Source: Balneolaceae bacterium
GTDB taxonomy: Bacteria; Bacteroidota; Rhodothermia; Balneolales; Balneolaceae
DNA length: 64,000 nucleotides
NCBI GenBank assembly: GCA_040877875.1
Contig: JBBDNC010000115.1
Coordinates: 14,103-78,102 of the forward strand
Reading direction: 5' to 3'
Shown: positions 49,688 through 58,823 of the stretch, piece after piece
Position numbering within the stretch: position 1 is the stretch's first letter
How the letters are laid out: every line of letters begins with the position of its first letter
Notes under the pieces: model-generated
Seen by the model: only the letters and a program-made list of their open reading frames with translations
What the model was told of the DNA's origin: nothing
Database searches by the model: none
Program-made: the position numbers and the translations under genes

Positions 49688-49941
49688 TCTATCTAATCTT
49701 TGATTGTTCGATTTCTAAACTAATTTATGTTAAAAATACCGAGCGGTATTCATTTGATTTTTTATCCCTCCATTCATTGTATCGATGAAGGTGAAAGGAA
49801 GGCGTGGAACTTTGAACCGGACTCCAGGTAAAACAGATCGATACAATACGAGTTATTAACAGAAGGAATCCGGATGTTGATGACTTCTGCCGGATTGTGT
49901 TCATTCTTTGTATTTGAATCGACCGGTCCCTGCCACAGTGC

Positions 49942-50211
49942 TTATTTTCTGATACCCAGTTCCTGTATCAACGAACGATACTTGTTGATATCTTCCTTCA
50001 TCAGATAATTCAATAAACGCCGTCTTTTTCCAACCATCAGGAGAAGACCCCGTCGGGAGGAGTGATCCTTGCCATGTGTTTTCAAATGATCGGTCAGGTC
50101 GTTAATTCGCTGTGTGAATAGGGCAATTTGTGCTTCGGTAGATCCGGAATTGCCTTTCGCTTCTCCGTATTTCTCGATAATTTCTTCTTTTTTTTCTTTC
50201 GTAAGACTCAT
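49942..50211 (-). CDS. rpsO: 30S ribosomal protein S15
   Basis: 89 aa. [35 protein letters not shown]. Confidence 0.96.
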   Translation of the reverse strand: MSLTKEKKEEIIEKYGEAKGNSGSTEAQIALFTQRINDLTDHLKTHGKDHSSRRGLLLMVGKRRRLLNYLMKEDINKYRSLIQELGIRK

Positions 50212-50378
50212 TTCAATCGTTGAATTTACATTTTAATATCTGCTGTCTTTAATAGCAGATCAAGATAAACTTATTTCAATTCATTGGCAATTCTCAATGA
50301 GAATGAACGAACAACAGAATTCATAGTCATAACAACCTGAGGGTTGTATGAATTCAAATGAAATCGGAACTTTGTAAG

Positions 50379-51314
50379 TTAAATAGTTTCGAGTCTCCTT
50401 AAACATTCTTTTTCATCTGTTGCAAGTTGTTTTTTTAATTCTACAACGCTGCTGAACTGTTGCTCATCCCGGATCCGGCTGATAAAGCGAATCTGGACAG
50501 AGTTTCCATAAATATTCCTGTCAAAGTTAAAAATATTCACTTCCAGGGTATGTTGTTTCCCTTCGAATGTAGGACGGTAACCGATGTTCATCATTCCTTT
50601 TTTGAATTGATCATCCAGACGAACTTGAACAGCGTACACCCCGTTTTTGGGAATCGCCTTATTGGGATGGTCCGCTTGAATATTTGCGGTTGGATAGCCG
50701 ATCTGTTTTCCACGTTTGTCTCCGTGAACCACCGTTCCGTTGAGCAGATACGGCCGTTCAAGAAGTTTGGCAGCCAATTCTACATTTCCATGATCCTGAA
50801 GAGCCTGGCGGATGGCTGTGCTGCTTACGGTTTTATCTCCCACTTCCTGTTTTGAGACCACATACACTTCAAATTCAAGCTCATCGGCAATTGACTGTAT
50901 CGTATCAATCGAGCCTTCCCTGTCTTTTCCAAACTGATGGTCATAGCCGATAACAAATTCACTGACACCGATCTTTTCCCAAATAATTTCCCGGATAAAA
51001 TCATCCGAGCTAATAAGCGAAAAATCCCTCGTAAATGGGATCACAATCATTTCGTCGACTCCGAGATCTCTCAAAATCTCACATCGTTCTTCAAGGCTCG
51101 TCAGAAGGTTAATCCCTTCCCGGCCCGGATTAATAATTTCCCTGGGATGCGGATCGAACGTTACAATCACACTTCGAGCATTTCGCTGTTCCGCTTTTTC
51201 CAGAACGGTATGGATCAATACCCTGTGTCCGGCGTGGACTCCGTCAAACGTCCCCACAGTCACCACCGAGTTCAGCTCCCTTGTGGCATCCTTCAATTGT
51301 ATGATTTCACCCAT
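50379..51314 (-). CDS. ribF: Bifunctional riboflavin kinase / FMN adenylyltransferase
   Basis: GTFDGVHAGH and the riboflavin kinase part GDKRGKQIGYPTANI. I prefer the ATG at 51314 (MGEIIQL), which gives an 8-nt overlap with the truB stop. The track ORF extends to 51401. Confidence 0.9.
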   Translation of the reverse strand: MGEIIQLKDATRELNSVVTVGTFDGVHAGHRVLIHTVLEKAEQRNARSVIVTFDPHPREIINPGREGINLLTSLEERCEILRDLGVDEMIVIPFTRDFSLISSDDFIREIIWEKIGVSEFVIGYDHQFGKDREGSIDTIQSIADELEFEVYVVSKQEVGDKTVSSTAIRQALQDHGNVELAAKLLERPYLLNGTVVHGDKRGKQIGYPTANIQADHPNKAIPKNGVYAVQVRLDDQFKKGMMNIGYRPTFEGKQHTLEVNIFNFDRNIYGNSVQIRFISRIRDEQQFSSVVELKKQLATDEKECLRRLETI

Positions 51315-52053
51315 TGTTTGGCTCCATCCAATTCCTGAAATTTTCGGGTACCCATGCATCTTCGACTGAAAAATGACCGATTTGTGTTCTGCGAAGGTCA
51401 CTCAGGTAAGCCAGGCTGTTGCATGCTTTGCCCAGATCATATGCAATGGATCGGATATAGGTTCCCTTTCCACATGTGACCTTGATTTTCAATTTGGGAA
51501 GGCTGCAAGAGAGGATTTGAATATCCATGACTTCTACACTTCTCGGTTCCAATTCAACCTTCTCCCCTCTTCTGGCCAGTTTGTAAAGCCTTTTCCCATC
51601 CTTCCAAAGAGCCGAATACATCGGGGGAACCTGGTCAATTTGACCGACAAACTGATTTTTCAGGGTCTCATCCAGGGTCTTTCGATCCAGGTGATTCCAA
51701 TCAGCAGTGTTGTCAATCTCGGTATCCCGGTCATAGCTCGGGGTAGATGCACCCAGTGTAATTTCGGCAATATACGTTTTTGGCAACTCCTGGATTTGGC
51801 TGACTGATTTGGTGGCTCTTCCGCAGCAAAGTATTAAAAGTCCGGTGGCAAGAGGATCCAACGTTCCGGCATGACCTACTTTTCTGACGGGAATCAGGCT
51901 TCTGATATACTTAACCACTCCAAAACTGGTCATTTTCGGGGGTTTATCCACCGGAATGACGACACCCGCTGAAAAGAGCTTTTCGTCGGGCAGCGCAAGA
52001 TGATGCTTGTCGAGAATCGGCAGATTCTCTAATGCAATCGGGGTTTTAGCCAT
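51307..52053 (-). CDS. truB: tRNA pseudouridine(55) synthase
   Basis: Catalytic Asp motif GHAGTLDPLATGLL. 248 aa. Confidence 0.92.
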   Translation of the reverse strand: MAKTPIALENLPILDKHHLALPDEKLFSAGVVIPVDKPPKMTSFGVVKYIRSLIPVRKVGHAGTLDPLATGLLILCCGRATKSVSQIQELPKTYIAEITLGASTPSYDRDTEIDNTADWNHLDRKTLDETLKNQFVGQIDQVPPMYSALWKDGKRLYKLARRGEKVELEPRSVEVMDIQILSCSLPKLKIKVTCGKGTYIRSIAYDLGKACNSLAYLSDLRRTQIGHFSVEDAWVPENFRNWMEPNNG

Positions 52054-52054
52054 T

Positions 52055-52426
52055 TTACTCGTTATCGGTATCCCGGTTACGACGCTCTTTTTTAACTTCT
52101 TTAAATAGCTGTTCGATCCGATTCACATATTCAGCCGAGTCATCCACATAAAAGTGAAGTTCCGGAATCCGGCGGACCTGGTTTCGTATCCTGCCGGCGA
52201 GTTCATGGCGGATATCCACATTATGGTCATCAATATGTTGAAATACCGTTTTGGGATCTCCATCAGGAGCATATACACTTACATAGACTTTGGCAATGGA
52301 AAGGTCGGGGGTGACACGAACTCCTGTTACGGTCACAAAAGTCCCATTCATCTGATACTGCCTTTGGAGAATCTCACCCAGGTCACGTTGAATGACTGCG
52401 CCCAGGCGTTCGGTGCGAATACTCAT
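52055..52426 (-). CDS. rbfA: Ribosome-binding factor A
   Basis: 123 aa. RbfA-like sequence (VTVTGVRVTPDLSIAKVYVS) located between infB and truB. Confidence 0.9.
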   Translation of the reverse strand: MSIRTERLGAVIQRDLGEILQRQYQMNGTFVTVTGVRVTPDLSIAKVYVSVYAPDGDPKTVFQHIDDHNVDIRHELAGRIRNQVRRIPELHFYVDDSAEYVNRIEQLFKEVKKERRNRDTDNE

Positions 52427-52514
52427 GATTATGATACCGGTATTAAAATAATGTGTGATTCTCTAAGAAGTGGAGATTTAATTCTGCAAATCATAAAATA
52501 CAAGAACTGAACAG

Positions 52515-55376
52515 TTAACCTGCACTGTCCTCAAGTTTTCGTTTTTCCTCTACTACCTCATAGCATTCAATTTCATCTCCTACCTTCAAATCATTGTAAC
52601 CGACAATGCTCATTCCGCATTCATAGCCGGACTGGACTTCTTTAGCATCGTCCTTAAAACGTTTCAATGAATCAATTTCACCTTCATAGATAACGACTCC
52701 ATCTCGTATAATCCGGACAGGTTCATTACGGTTAATCTTCCCTTCCTTGACATAACAGCCGGCAATCGTTCCAATTTTCGAGACTTTGAATATTTCCCGA
52801 ATTTCAGCAAGTCCAAGCATTTGCTCCTTGATTTCAGGGCTTAAGAGTCCCTCGAGAGCGTCTCTCACTTCATCAACCGCGTCATAAATAACACTGAACA
52901 AGCGGATATCAATACTTTCTGCCTCTGCAAGTTTTCGTGCATTTGAAGTTGGCCGTACCTGGAAGCCGATGATGATTCCCTCCGAAGCCGAGGCCAGTAA
53001 TACGTCAGACTCCGTGATAGCTCCCGAGCCCGTATGGATAATATTAACCGCTACCTCATCCGTACTCAGATTCTGCAGGGCTCCCGAGAGGGCCTCGATC
53101 GATCCGTCAACGTCCGCTTTGATGATAATATTGAGTTCGGAAACCTCGCCGAGAGCCAGACGACGTGAGAGGTCATCCAGAGTTAAATGTTTGGTTTTTC
53201 TAAGTGATTGCTCACGTTTAAGTTGTTGACGTTGATTAGCAATCTCTTTAGCTGCTTTTTCATCTTTTGGCACAACCAGTTTGTCCCCCGCCTGCGGAGG
53301 CTCATCAAAGCCCATGAGTTGAATAGGAGTTGAAGGACCAGCGGTTTCCAGACGTTTGCCGTGTTCATTTTCCATGGCACGAACCCGGCCGAAACACGGC
53401 CCGGCTACAAACGGATCCCCAACTTTCAGGGTGCCGTTTTGGACCAGGATATTTGCAATCGTTCCCTTACCTTTATCAATTCTGGACTCCAAAACTACGC
53501 CGGTAGCCCTGCGGTTGGGATTGGCTTTCAGTTCCATTAATTCGGCCTCGATCAGTACCTTTTCCAGGAGTTCTTCAATCCCTTCACCCGTGATTGCGGA
53601 GACTTCGGCCGACTGGTTCTCTCCTCCCCACTCTTCTACAATCACATCATGTTCAGATAGTTGTTGCTTGATTTTATCGGGGTTGGCTCCTTCCTTGTCG
53701 ATTTTATTGATAGCAATGACAATCGAAACCCCGGCAGCCTTGGAGTGATTAATAGCTTCTATCGTTTGAGGCATAACGGCATCATCTGCGGCAACCACAA
53801 GAATTACGATATCCGTTGCCTGGGCTCCGCGGCTTCGCATAGCTGTAAAGGCCTCATGGCCAGGAGTATCCAGGAAGGTGATCCTGCGGCCATCGTCCGT
53901 CTCAACGGCATAGGCTCCAACGTGCTGGGTAATTCCGCCGGCTTCACCCGCGGCAACCTTGGTTTTACGAATATAGTCCAGCAGTGAAGTTTTACCGTGA
54001 TCCACATGTCCCATTACGGTGATAATCGGTGCACGGGGTTCGAGATCTTCAGGATCATCTTCTTCAACCACGATCTCTTCAATCATTTCTTCGGCATCTA
54101 CAAATTCCACTTCTCTGCCGAATTCTTCCGCTACAAGTTCAATGGTCGAGGCATCCAGCCGCTGATTAATGGATACCATCATACCTATATTCATGCATGT
54201 TGTAATCACATCGTTCGGCTTGACGTCCAGCAATGCGGCAAGGTCACTGACCGTTACAAATTCCGTGACTTCAAGAATTTCCTCTTCCATTTCCTGAAGT
54301 TCTTCCCGAAGCTGTTGTTCCTCCTCACGCTCTTCCCGTCTCTGTCGGCGTCTTTTCTGGCGCTTGCTTCCTACCGTATCGGACGACTGCATTTTCTGCA
54401 TTGTCTCACGCATCTTCTGTTCTACATCCTCCTCATCAACGCGCGACCGCCTTCCTCTCTTCTTCTTGCTTTTACTCTTGCCCTTGTCGCTATCCTTGGC
54501 TGCTTTGTCTTTTTTAGAAGAATCAGTTTTAGCGGAATCCGATGAATCATCCTTTCGATCCTTCTTTCGCTTTCGTTTTTTACGTTTCTTTTGAACCGGC
54601 TTGTCAGCTACACTAATCTTGCCGACAACTTTAGTACCTGACAATCGTCCGGCCCGGCCGCGTATAATCGATTCCTCATCTTCTTCGCTTTCTTCATCTT
54701 CATCGTCATCTTCGTCCTCGTGCTCATCCTCTTCCGATTCGGCTTCCGCTTCCGGCCCTTTTTCATCTTCCTCATCCTCTTCTTCGATATCGCCGGTTTG
54801 GGCCTCAATTTCCTCTTCTTCATCCTGGGCTTTCGCAACCTGCTTGTCCGCTTCTTCCTCTTCTTCTGTTGCTTCATCCTCTTCCGCAGGGACTTCCGTC
54901 TCCTCTTCCGCTTTCACCTCTTCAGGTTCGGCGGCTTCTTCTTTTGTATCAGATTCGCCGGTTTCCGTTTCAGTCTCCTCTTTCTGCTCTTCTTCCTCTT
55001 CCAGTTCCTGCTTAACGGCATCTTCTTCAACGAGCTCCTCTCGCGCATCCACCTCTTCTTCATCCGCTTCATCCATCGGTTCAAGATCATCGATCGGCTC
55101 AAGAAAATTATCAATGGAAACACTTTCGTTGCGTTGAGACTTCATCTGGTTACGACGGGACTCGTATTCTTCACGCACCTTCTCGTGTTGTTCGCTTTTT
55201 GCCTTTTCAACTCCATATACTTCTTCCAGCACCCCATACATTTCCGGAGTTATCGTGGAATTAGGCTTATTGGCAATTTCAAAGCCTTCTTCAGCCAGGG
55301 AGTCTACAATAGACTTTGTAGCTACATTAAACTCAGAAGCGACTTTAAAAAGCTTTTTTGATTTCTTATCCGTCAT
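52515..55376 (-). CDS. infB: Translation initiation factor IF-2
   Basis: 953 aa. G domain [28 protein letters not shown]. Long low-complexity N-terminus. Confidence 0.96.
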   Translation of the reverse strand: MTDKKSKKLFKVASEFNVATKSIVDSLAEEGFEIANKPNSTITPEMYGVLEEVYGVEKAKSEQHEKVREEYESRRNQMKSQRNESVSIDNFLEPIDDLEPMDEADEEEVDAREELVEEDAVKQELEEEEEQKEETETETGESDTKEEAAEPEEVKAEEETEVPAEEDEATEEEEEADKQVAKAQDEEEEIEAQTGDIEEEDEEDEKGPEAEAESEEDEHEDEDDDEDEESEEDEESIIRGRAGRLSGTKVVGKISVADKPVQKKRKKRKRKKDRKDDSSDSAKTDSSKKDKAAKDSDKGKSKSKKKRGRRSRVDEEDVEQKMRETMQKMQSSDTVGSKRQKRRRQRREEREEEQQLREELQEMEEEILEVTEFVTVSDLAALLDVKPNDVITTCMNIGMMVSINQRLDASTIELVAEEFGREVEFVDAEEMIEEIVVEEDDPEDLEPRAPIITVMGHVDHGKTSLLDYIRKTKVAAGEAGGITQHVGAYAVETDDGRRITFLDTPGHEAFTAMRSRGAQATDIVILVVAADDAVMPQTIEAINHSKAAGVSIVIAINKIDKEGANPDKIKQQLSEHDVIVEEWGGENQSAEVSAITGEGIEELLEKVLIEAELMELKANPNRRATGVVLESRIDKGKGTIANILVQNGTLKVGDPFVAGPCFGRVRAMENEHGKRLETAGPSTPIQLMGFDEPPQAGDKLVVPKDEKAAKEIANQRQQLKREQSLRKTKHLTLDDLSRRLALGEVSELNIIIKADVDGSIEALSGALQNLSTDEVAVNIIHTGSGAITESDVLLASASEGIIIGFQVRPTSNARKLAEAESIDIRLFSVIYDAVDEVRDALEGLLSPEIKEQMLGLAEIREIFKVSKIGTIAGCYVKEGKINRNEPVRIIRDGVVIYEGEIDSLKRFKDDAKEVQSGYECGMSIVGYNDLKVGDEIECYEVVEEKRKLEDSAG

Positions 55377-55425
55377 GCGGTAATAATGTAAATAGAATTA
55401 ACTGATGTGAAAGTTACAATCATTC

Positions 55426-56676
55426 TTATTCGTCCTCAAATTCATAGGCGATCACATCGATGATCTTTTCAGCCGTTTCCTTGTCTATCTTTCCCTCGGT
55501 TCTGCGAACAATCTCATCTTCGTCAAGTTCCAGAACCGCCCGGGCTGTGTCACAACCGATATTGTGCAGGATTTCAACGGTCTCCTCTCCAAAGTCGACA
55601 GTAAATTCATCCAGGTCAATATCATCTTCCTCTTCCACCTCGCGATAGACGTCAATTTCACACCCCGTCAATTTGGAAGCAAGCCGTATATTCACCCCGC
55701 CTTTTCCAATCGCCTTGGAAACTTCATCGGCCGGAACCAAAACATTGGCGTGAGTTCCATCCTCACTCAGCTCTACTTTAAGTACCTTTGCCGGCTGAAG
55801 AGCTCGTTTGATAAATTCAAATTTATCATCTGTGTAGTTTATTACGTCAATATTTTCATTTTGCAATTCACGGACAATCGCATGAATTCGAATTCCCTTC
55901 ATTCCCACACAAGCTCCAACCGGGTCAACTCTCTCGTCATGAGAAAGTACAGCTACTTTAGAACGATCACCGGGTTCCCGGGCAATCTTCACTATATCTA
56001 TAATCCCGTCAAAAACTTCAGGGATCTCATTTTCAAAAAGCCGCTCAAGAAAAAGCGGTGAAGTCCTCGATATGATAACAGATGGATTTCCATTATAACG
56101 TTTGACTTCCGATACCACCGCACGGATCGTATCTCCTTTCCTGTAACGGTCCTTGTATATTTGTTCGTTTTTGGGCATGACCAGTTCCACTCCGTTGTGG
56201 TTGACCAGGGTGTCACGGTTTCGAACCTGGTAAACATCTCCCAATACGATCTCACCAACCCGGTCAGAGTATTCGTCAAAAATATTGTCCTTTTCAATTT
56301 CACGGATTCTTTGGGCCAGTTGCTGACGCGCCATGGTAACCGCTCGCCGGCCAAAATCAGTAATGGATATTTCCTGGGCAAACTCATCATAAAGTTCGAG
56401 ATCCGCATCATGTTTGCGGGCCTCCTCAAGAGAGATTTCACTTACAGGATCCGTTAATTCTTCTTTGGGGACGACTTCCCGTATGTGAAGGATTTGAATT
56501 TCGCCCCGGTCGGGATTAAGAATGACGTCAAACGCTTCATCAGACTCATACTTTTTACGAATCATGGTACGAAAAACATCCTCGAGAATCGTCAGCAACA
56601 GATCCTTCTCAATCCCTTTGTCTTTTGCAATTTCAGCAAAAGACTGAATAATCAGTTTGGAAACGTCATTTTGCAT
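55426..56676 (-). CDS. nusA: Transcription termination/antitermination factor NusA
   Basis: S1 and two KH domains (GACVGMKGIRI, AIGKGGVNIRLA). I prefer the ATG at 56676 (MQNDVSKLI). The track ORF's 37-aa extension overlaps rimP. Confidence 0.92.
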   Translation of the reverse strand: MQNDVSKLIIQSFAEIAKDKGIEKDLLLTILEDVFRTMIRKKYESDEAFDVILNPDRGEIQILHIREVVPKEELTDPVSEISLEEARKHDADLELYDEFAQEISITDFGRRAVTMARQQLAQRIREIEKDNIFDEYSDRVGEIVLGDVYQVRNRDTLVNHNGVELVMPKNEQIYKDRYRKGDTIRAVVSEVKRYNGNPSVIISRTSPLFLERLFENEIPEVFDGIIDIVKIAREPGDRSKVAVLSHDERVDPVGACVGMKGIRIHAIVRELQNENIDVINYTDDKFEFIKRALQPAKVLKVELSEDGTHANVLVPADEVSKAIGKGGVNIRLASKLTGCEIDVYREVEEEDDIDLDEFTVDFGEETVEILHNIGCDTARAVLELDEDEIVRRTEGKIDKETAEKIIDVIAYEFEDE

Positions 56677-56704
56677 TTGGAAAATCCTGTTTATAAAATT
56701 GTTA

Positions 56705-57169
56705 CTATCGGCTAAATGTCGGGATAATTTTAGTCTCAACGATTTTGTTAAAATCGATAAACGTGTGATCTCCTTTATCCATTTCAATTTTTATTTCATC
56801 ACCGGATATATCACTGAGAATCCCTTCAAGTTTCCGGTACCCTTCAGGTTCTTTAAATTTAACCCTGGCTTTTCGGCCAAGATTTTTCACATATTGTCGG
56901 CGGTCACTTAATGGCCGGCTCAAGCCGGGTGAAGAAATATTTAAACGGTATCCGGTCGAGAAAACTTCATGGGCATCCAGCACGAAATCGAGTTCAGAAC
57001 TGATTCGTGTACAGGAATCAACACTGACATCCCCATGTTCCGAGTCAACGAAGATCCATACTACGGTTTCATTTCCACCTTTTATTTCTACATCAACAAT
57101 AAACATATCTTCTTGCTGCACAATAGGTTCAGCAAGCTTTTTAATAATATTTATTTGATCCTTCAACAT
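56705..57169 (-). CDS. rimP: Ribosome maturation factor RimP
   Basis: 154 aa. Located immediately upstream of nusA, with a RimP-like sequence (YRLNISSPGLSRPL). Confidence 0.82.
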   Translation of the reverse strand: MLKDQINIIKKLAEPIVQQEDMFIVDVEIKGGNETVVWIFVDSEHGDVSVDSCTRISSELDFVLDAHEVFSTGYRLNISSPGLSRPLSDRRQYVKNLGRKARVKFKEPEGYRKLEGILSDISGDEIKIEMDKGDHTFIDFNKIVETKIIPTFSR

Positions 57170-57433
57170 TTAAATACCCTGACCTGAGAATAAAAAAAAG
57201 TGAGAACCTCCCGGCACCCACTATAGATTGCAAAAATACCTTTAATACCTGAGAATAACAACTTTCGGCCTGTCTGAAATTCCCCGATAGACGAACTTAA
57301 TCGTTTATCCATTCCATATATTTCAAACTCACACTGTAAGGGTTTTAAATCATTCCATAAAGGATTTAAATAGAGAAATTGATCCCTGAATACATTGCAA
57401 TGTTTCTCGTGTTTGCTGGAGTATAGTACAGAA

Positions 57434-57478
57434 AGAGGGCTTTGAAAAACCAGGGGTTTTGTTCAATATCAAAGCCTG
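57434..57478. repeat. Third (partial, core-only) copy of the 38.2/39.0 kb repeat
   Basis: AGAGGGCTTTGAAAAACCAGGGGTTTTGTTCAATATCAAAGCCTG matches the outer hairpin block of copies L and R, including the flanking AGAG. It lacks the GC palindrome and the 28-bp inner arm. Confidence 0.7.
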
Positions 57479-57598
57479 AATAAAGTTCGGTATTTTAAAA
57501 GGAAAATGATTTATATGAATGGTATTTTGAGAAGTGACAGTCATTAAATTCTCCTGATTAATCAGGAATACCCACGTTTATGATCGGCAGACCTGAAT

Positions 57599-58165
57599 AT
57601 GTATTTAATTAATTCAACTAAAATAGACTCGGGTATCCGGTATGTACCGGCCTCATTTCTGACACTGTTGTTTTGCATTACACTATGGTTGGGAGTCTCT
57701 TGCAGTCAGCAGCGGGACGGGGAGGAGGATAAACCCACCGGAGGGAGGGATCTCGAATATACATCGGAGGTTACATTTTTAAATTCAGCCGGTGAAGTAG
57801 TCAGTACAATTGAGGCAGCAGTGGCTGATGATGAAGCCTCCCGGTCCGCCGGCCTTATGAATGTTCAGCAACTTCCGATGGACAAGGGGATGTTATTTAT
57901 TTTCGAAAGTCAGCAGCCGAGGAGTTTTTGGATGGCCAACACCCCATTGGCCCTGGATATCATTTTTGTCGATGAAAATTTTGAGATCGTCAGAATTCAC
58001 CAAAACACTCAACCCTATTCGAATCAAAGCATAGAATCGGAAGAACCGGCGAAATACGTAATTGAAACCAATGCAGGATATACGTTACGGTATGACATCA
58101 TGGAAGAGATGAGAGTTGAAATCCAAAACAGACCGGGCAGCGGGAATGAATTGCAGGTAGAGTAA
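57599..58165 (+). CDS. DUF192-family secreted protein or lipoprotein
   Basis: Lipobox LGVSC. GMLFIF....FWMANTPLALDIIFVD is typical of DUF192. Confidence 0.6.
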   Translation: MYLINSTKIDSGIRYVPASFLTLLFCITLWLGVSCSQQRDGEEDKPTGGRDLEYTSEVTFLNSAGEVVSTIEAAVADDEASRSAGLMNVQQLPMDKGMLFIFESQQPRSFWMANTPLALDIIFVDENFEIVRIHQNTQPYSNQSIESEEPAKYVIETNAGYTLRYDIMEEMRVEIQNRPGSGNELQVE

Positions 58166-58196
58166 TTTATTGATCCGTTTTGCCGAATATCATTCT

Positions 58197-58823
58197 CTAT
58201 TCACCTGTCCGGATCCCTTCAGATGAAGCCAATAACTGATCGAATAGACGCGAAGCATTTTCTTCAAGTTCTTCCAGGCTTGCATCATTTTGAATAATCA
58301 CATCACACAAAGCTGCCAGATTTTCGAAATCCTGTTGTTTGCTGATTCTTTCCAGAACTTCTTCCTTTGTCACACGATCCCTCTTACTAACCCGCAGAAT
58401 ACGATTTTCTTTTCCTGAAGTAACCAGTACAACATAGTCAAAATAATCAGGACGGCCATCATTCAGAAGGAGAGCCGCTTCCTGAACAAACATCGGGATT
58501 TCTTCTCTCTCGGCTTTTTGCATAAGCTGCAACACTTTCTTCCGGACAACCGGATGCACCAGGCGGTTGAGGGCCTCTACCTTGTTTTGCCGGAAAGCGA
58601 CATCGGCGAGGTACTTTCGATTCAGGGAACCGTCCGGATGGTAAGCCTTTTCGCCAAATTCTCTGCAAATCTGATGGATCAACTCCCTGTCACGTACCAT
58701 CAGCCGTTTGGCAAGATCATCCGAATAGACTACAAAAGCGCCCCTCTTTTCCCACACTTTACATACGGTCGTCTTGCCACTGCCGATTCCGCCTGTTATG
58801 CCTACTTTCACCATATTCGTCAT
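58197..58823 (-). CDS. coaE: Dephospho-CoA kinase
   Basis: P-loop GITGGIGSGKTTV. 208 aa. 1-nt overlap with the prfB stop. Confidence 0.88.
   Translation of the reverse strand: MTNMVKVGITGGIGSGKTTVCKVWEKRGAFVVYSDDLAKRLMVRDRELIHQICREFGEKAYHPDGSLNRKYLADVAFRQNKVEALNRLVHPVVRKKVLQLMQKAEREEIPMFVQEAALLLNDGRPDYFDYVVLVTSGKENRILRVSKRDRVTKEEVLERISKQQDFENLAALCDVIIQNDASLEELEENASRLFDQLLASSEGIRTGE

Noticed and set aside
54601-55137. 178-aa serine-rich plus-strand ORF, together with neighbouring ORFs at 54720..55361, 54364..54594 and 53997..54545
   Set aside because: They lie antisense to the GAA/GAG-rich low-complexity part of infB. The composition is a mirror artefact of the acidic and basic IF-2 tract, and infB is unambiguous.
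56677-56787. N-terminal extension of nusA in the ORF track. A similar extension applies to ribF at 51315..51401.
   Set aside because: The extensions overlap the upstream genes (rimP, truB) and do not resemble the conserved N-termini. Internal ATGs give canonical starts.
47567-57169. The rimP-nusA-infB-rbfA-truB-ribF-rpsO-pnp gene order
   Set aside because: This is a widely conserved bacterial arrangement (truB-ribF-rpsO-pnp also occurs in Firmicutes). It is noted for context only and is not unusual.
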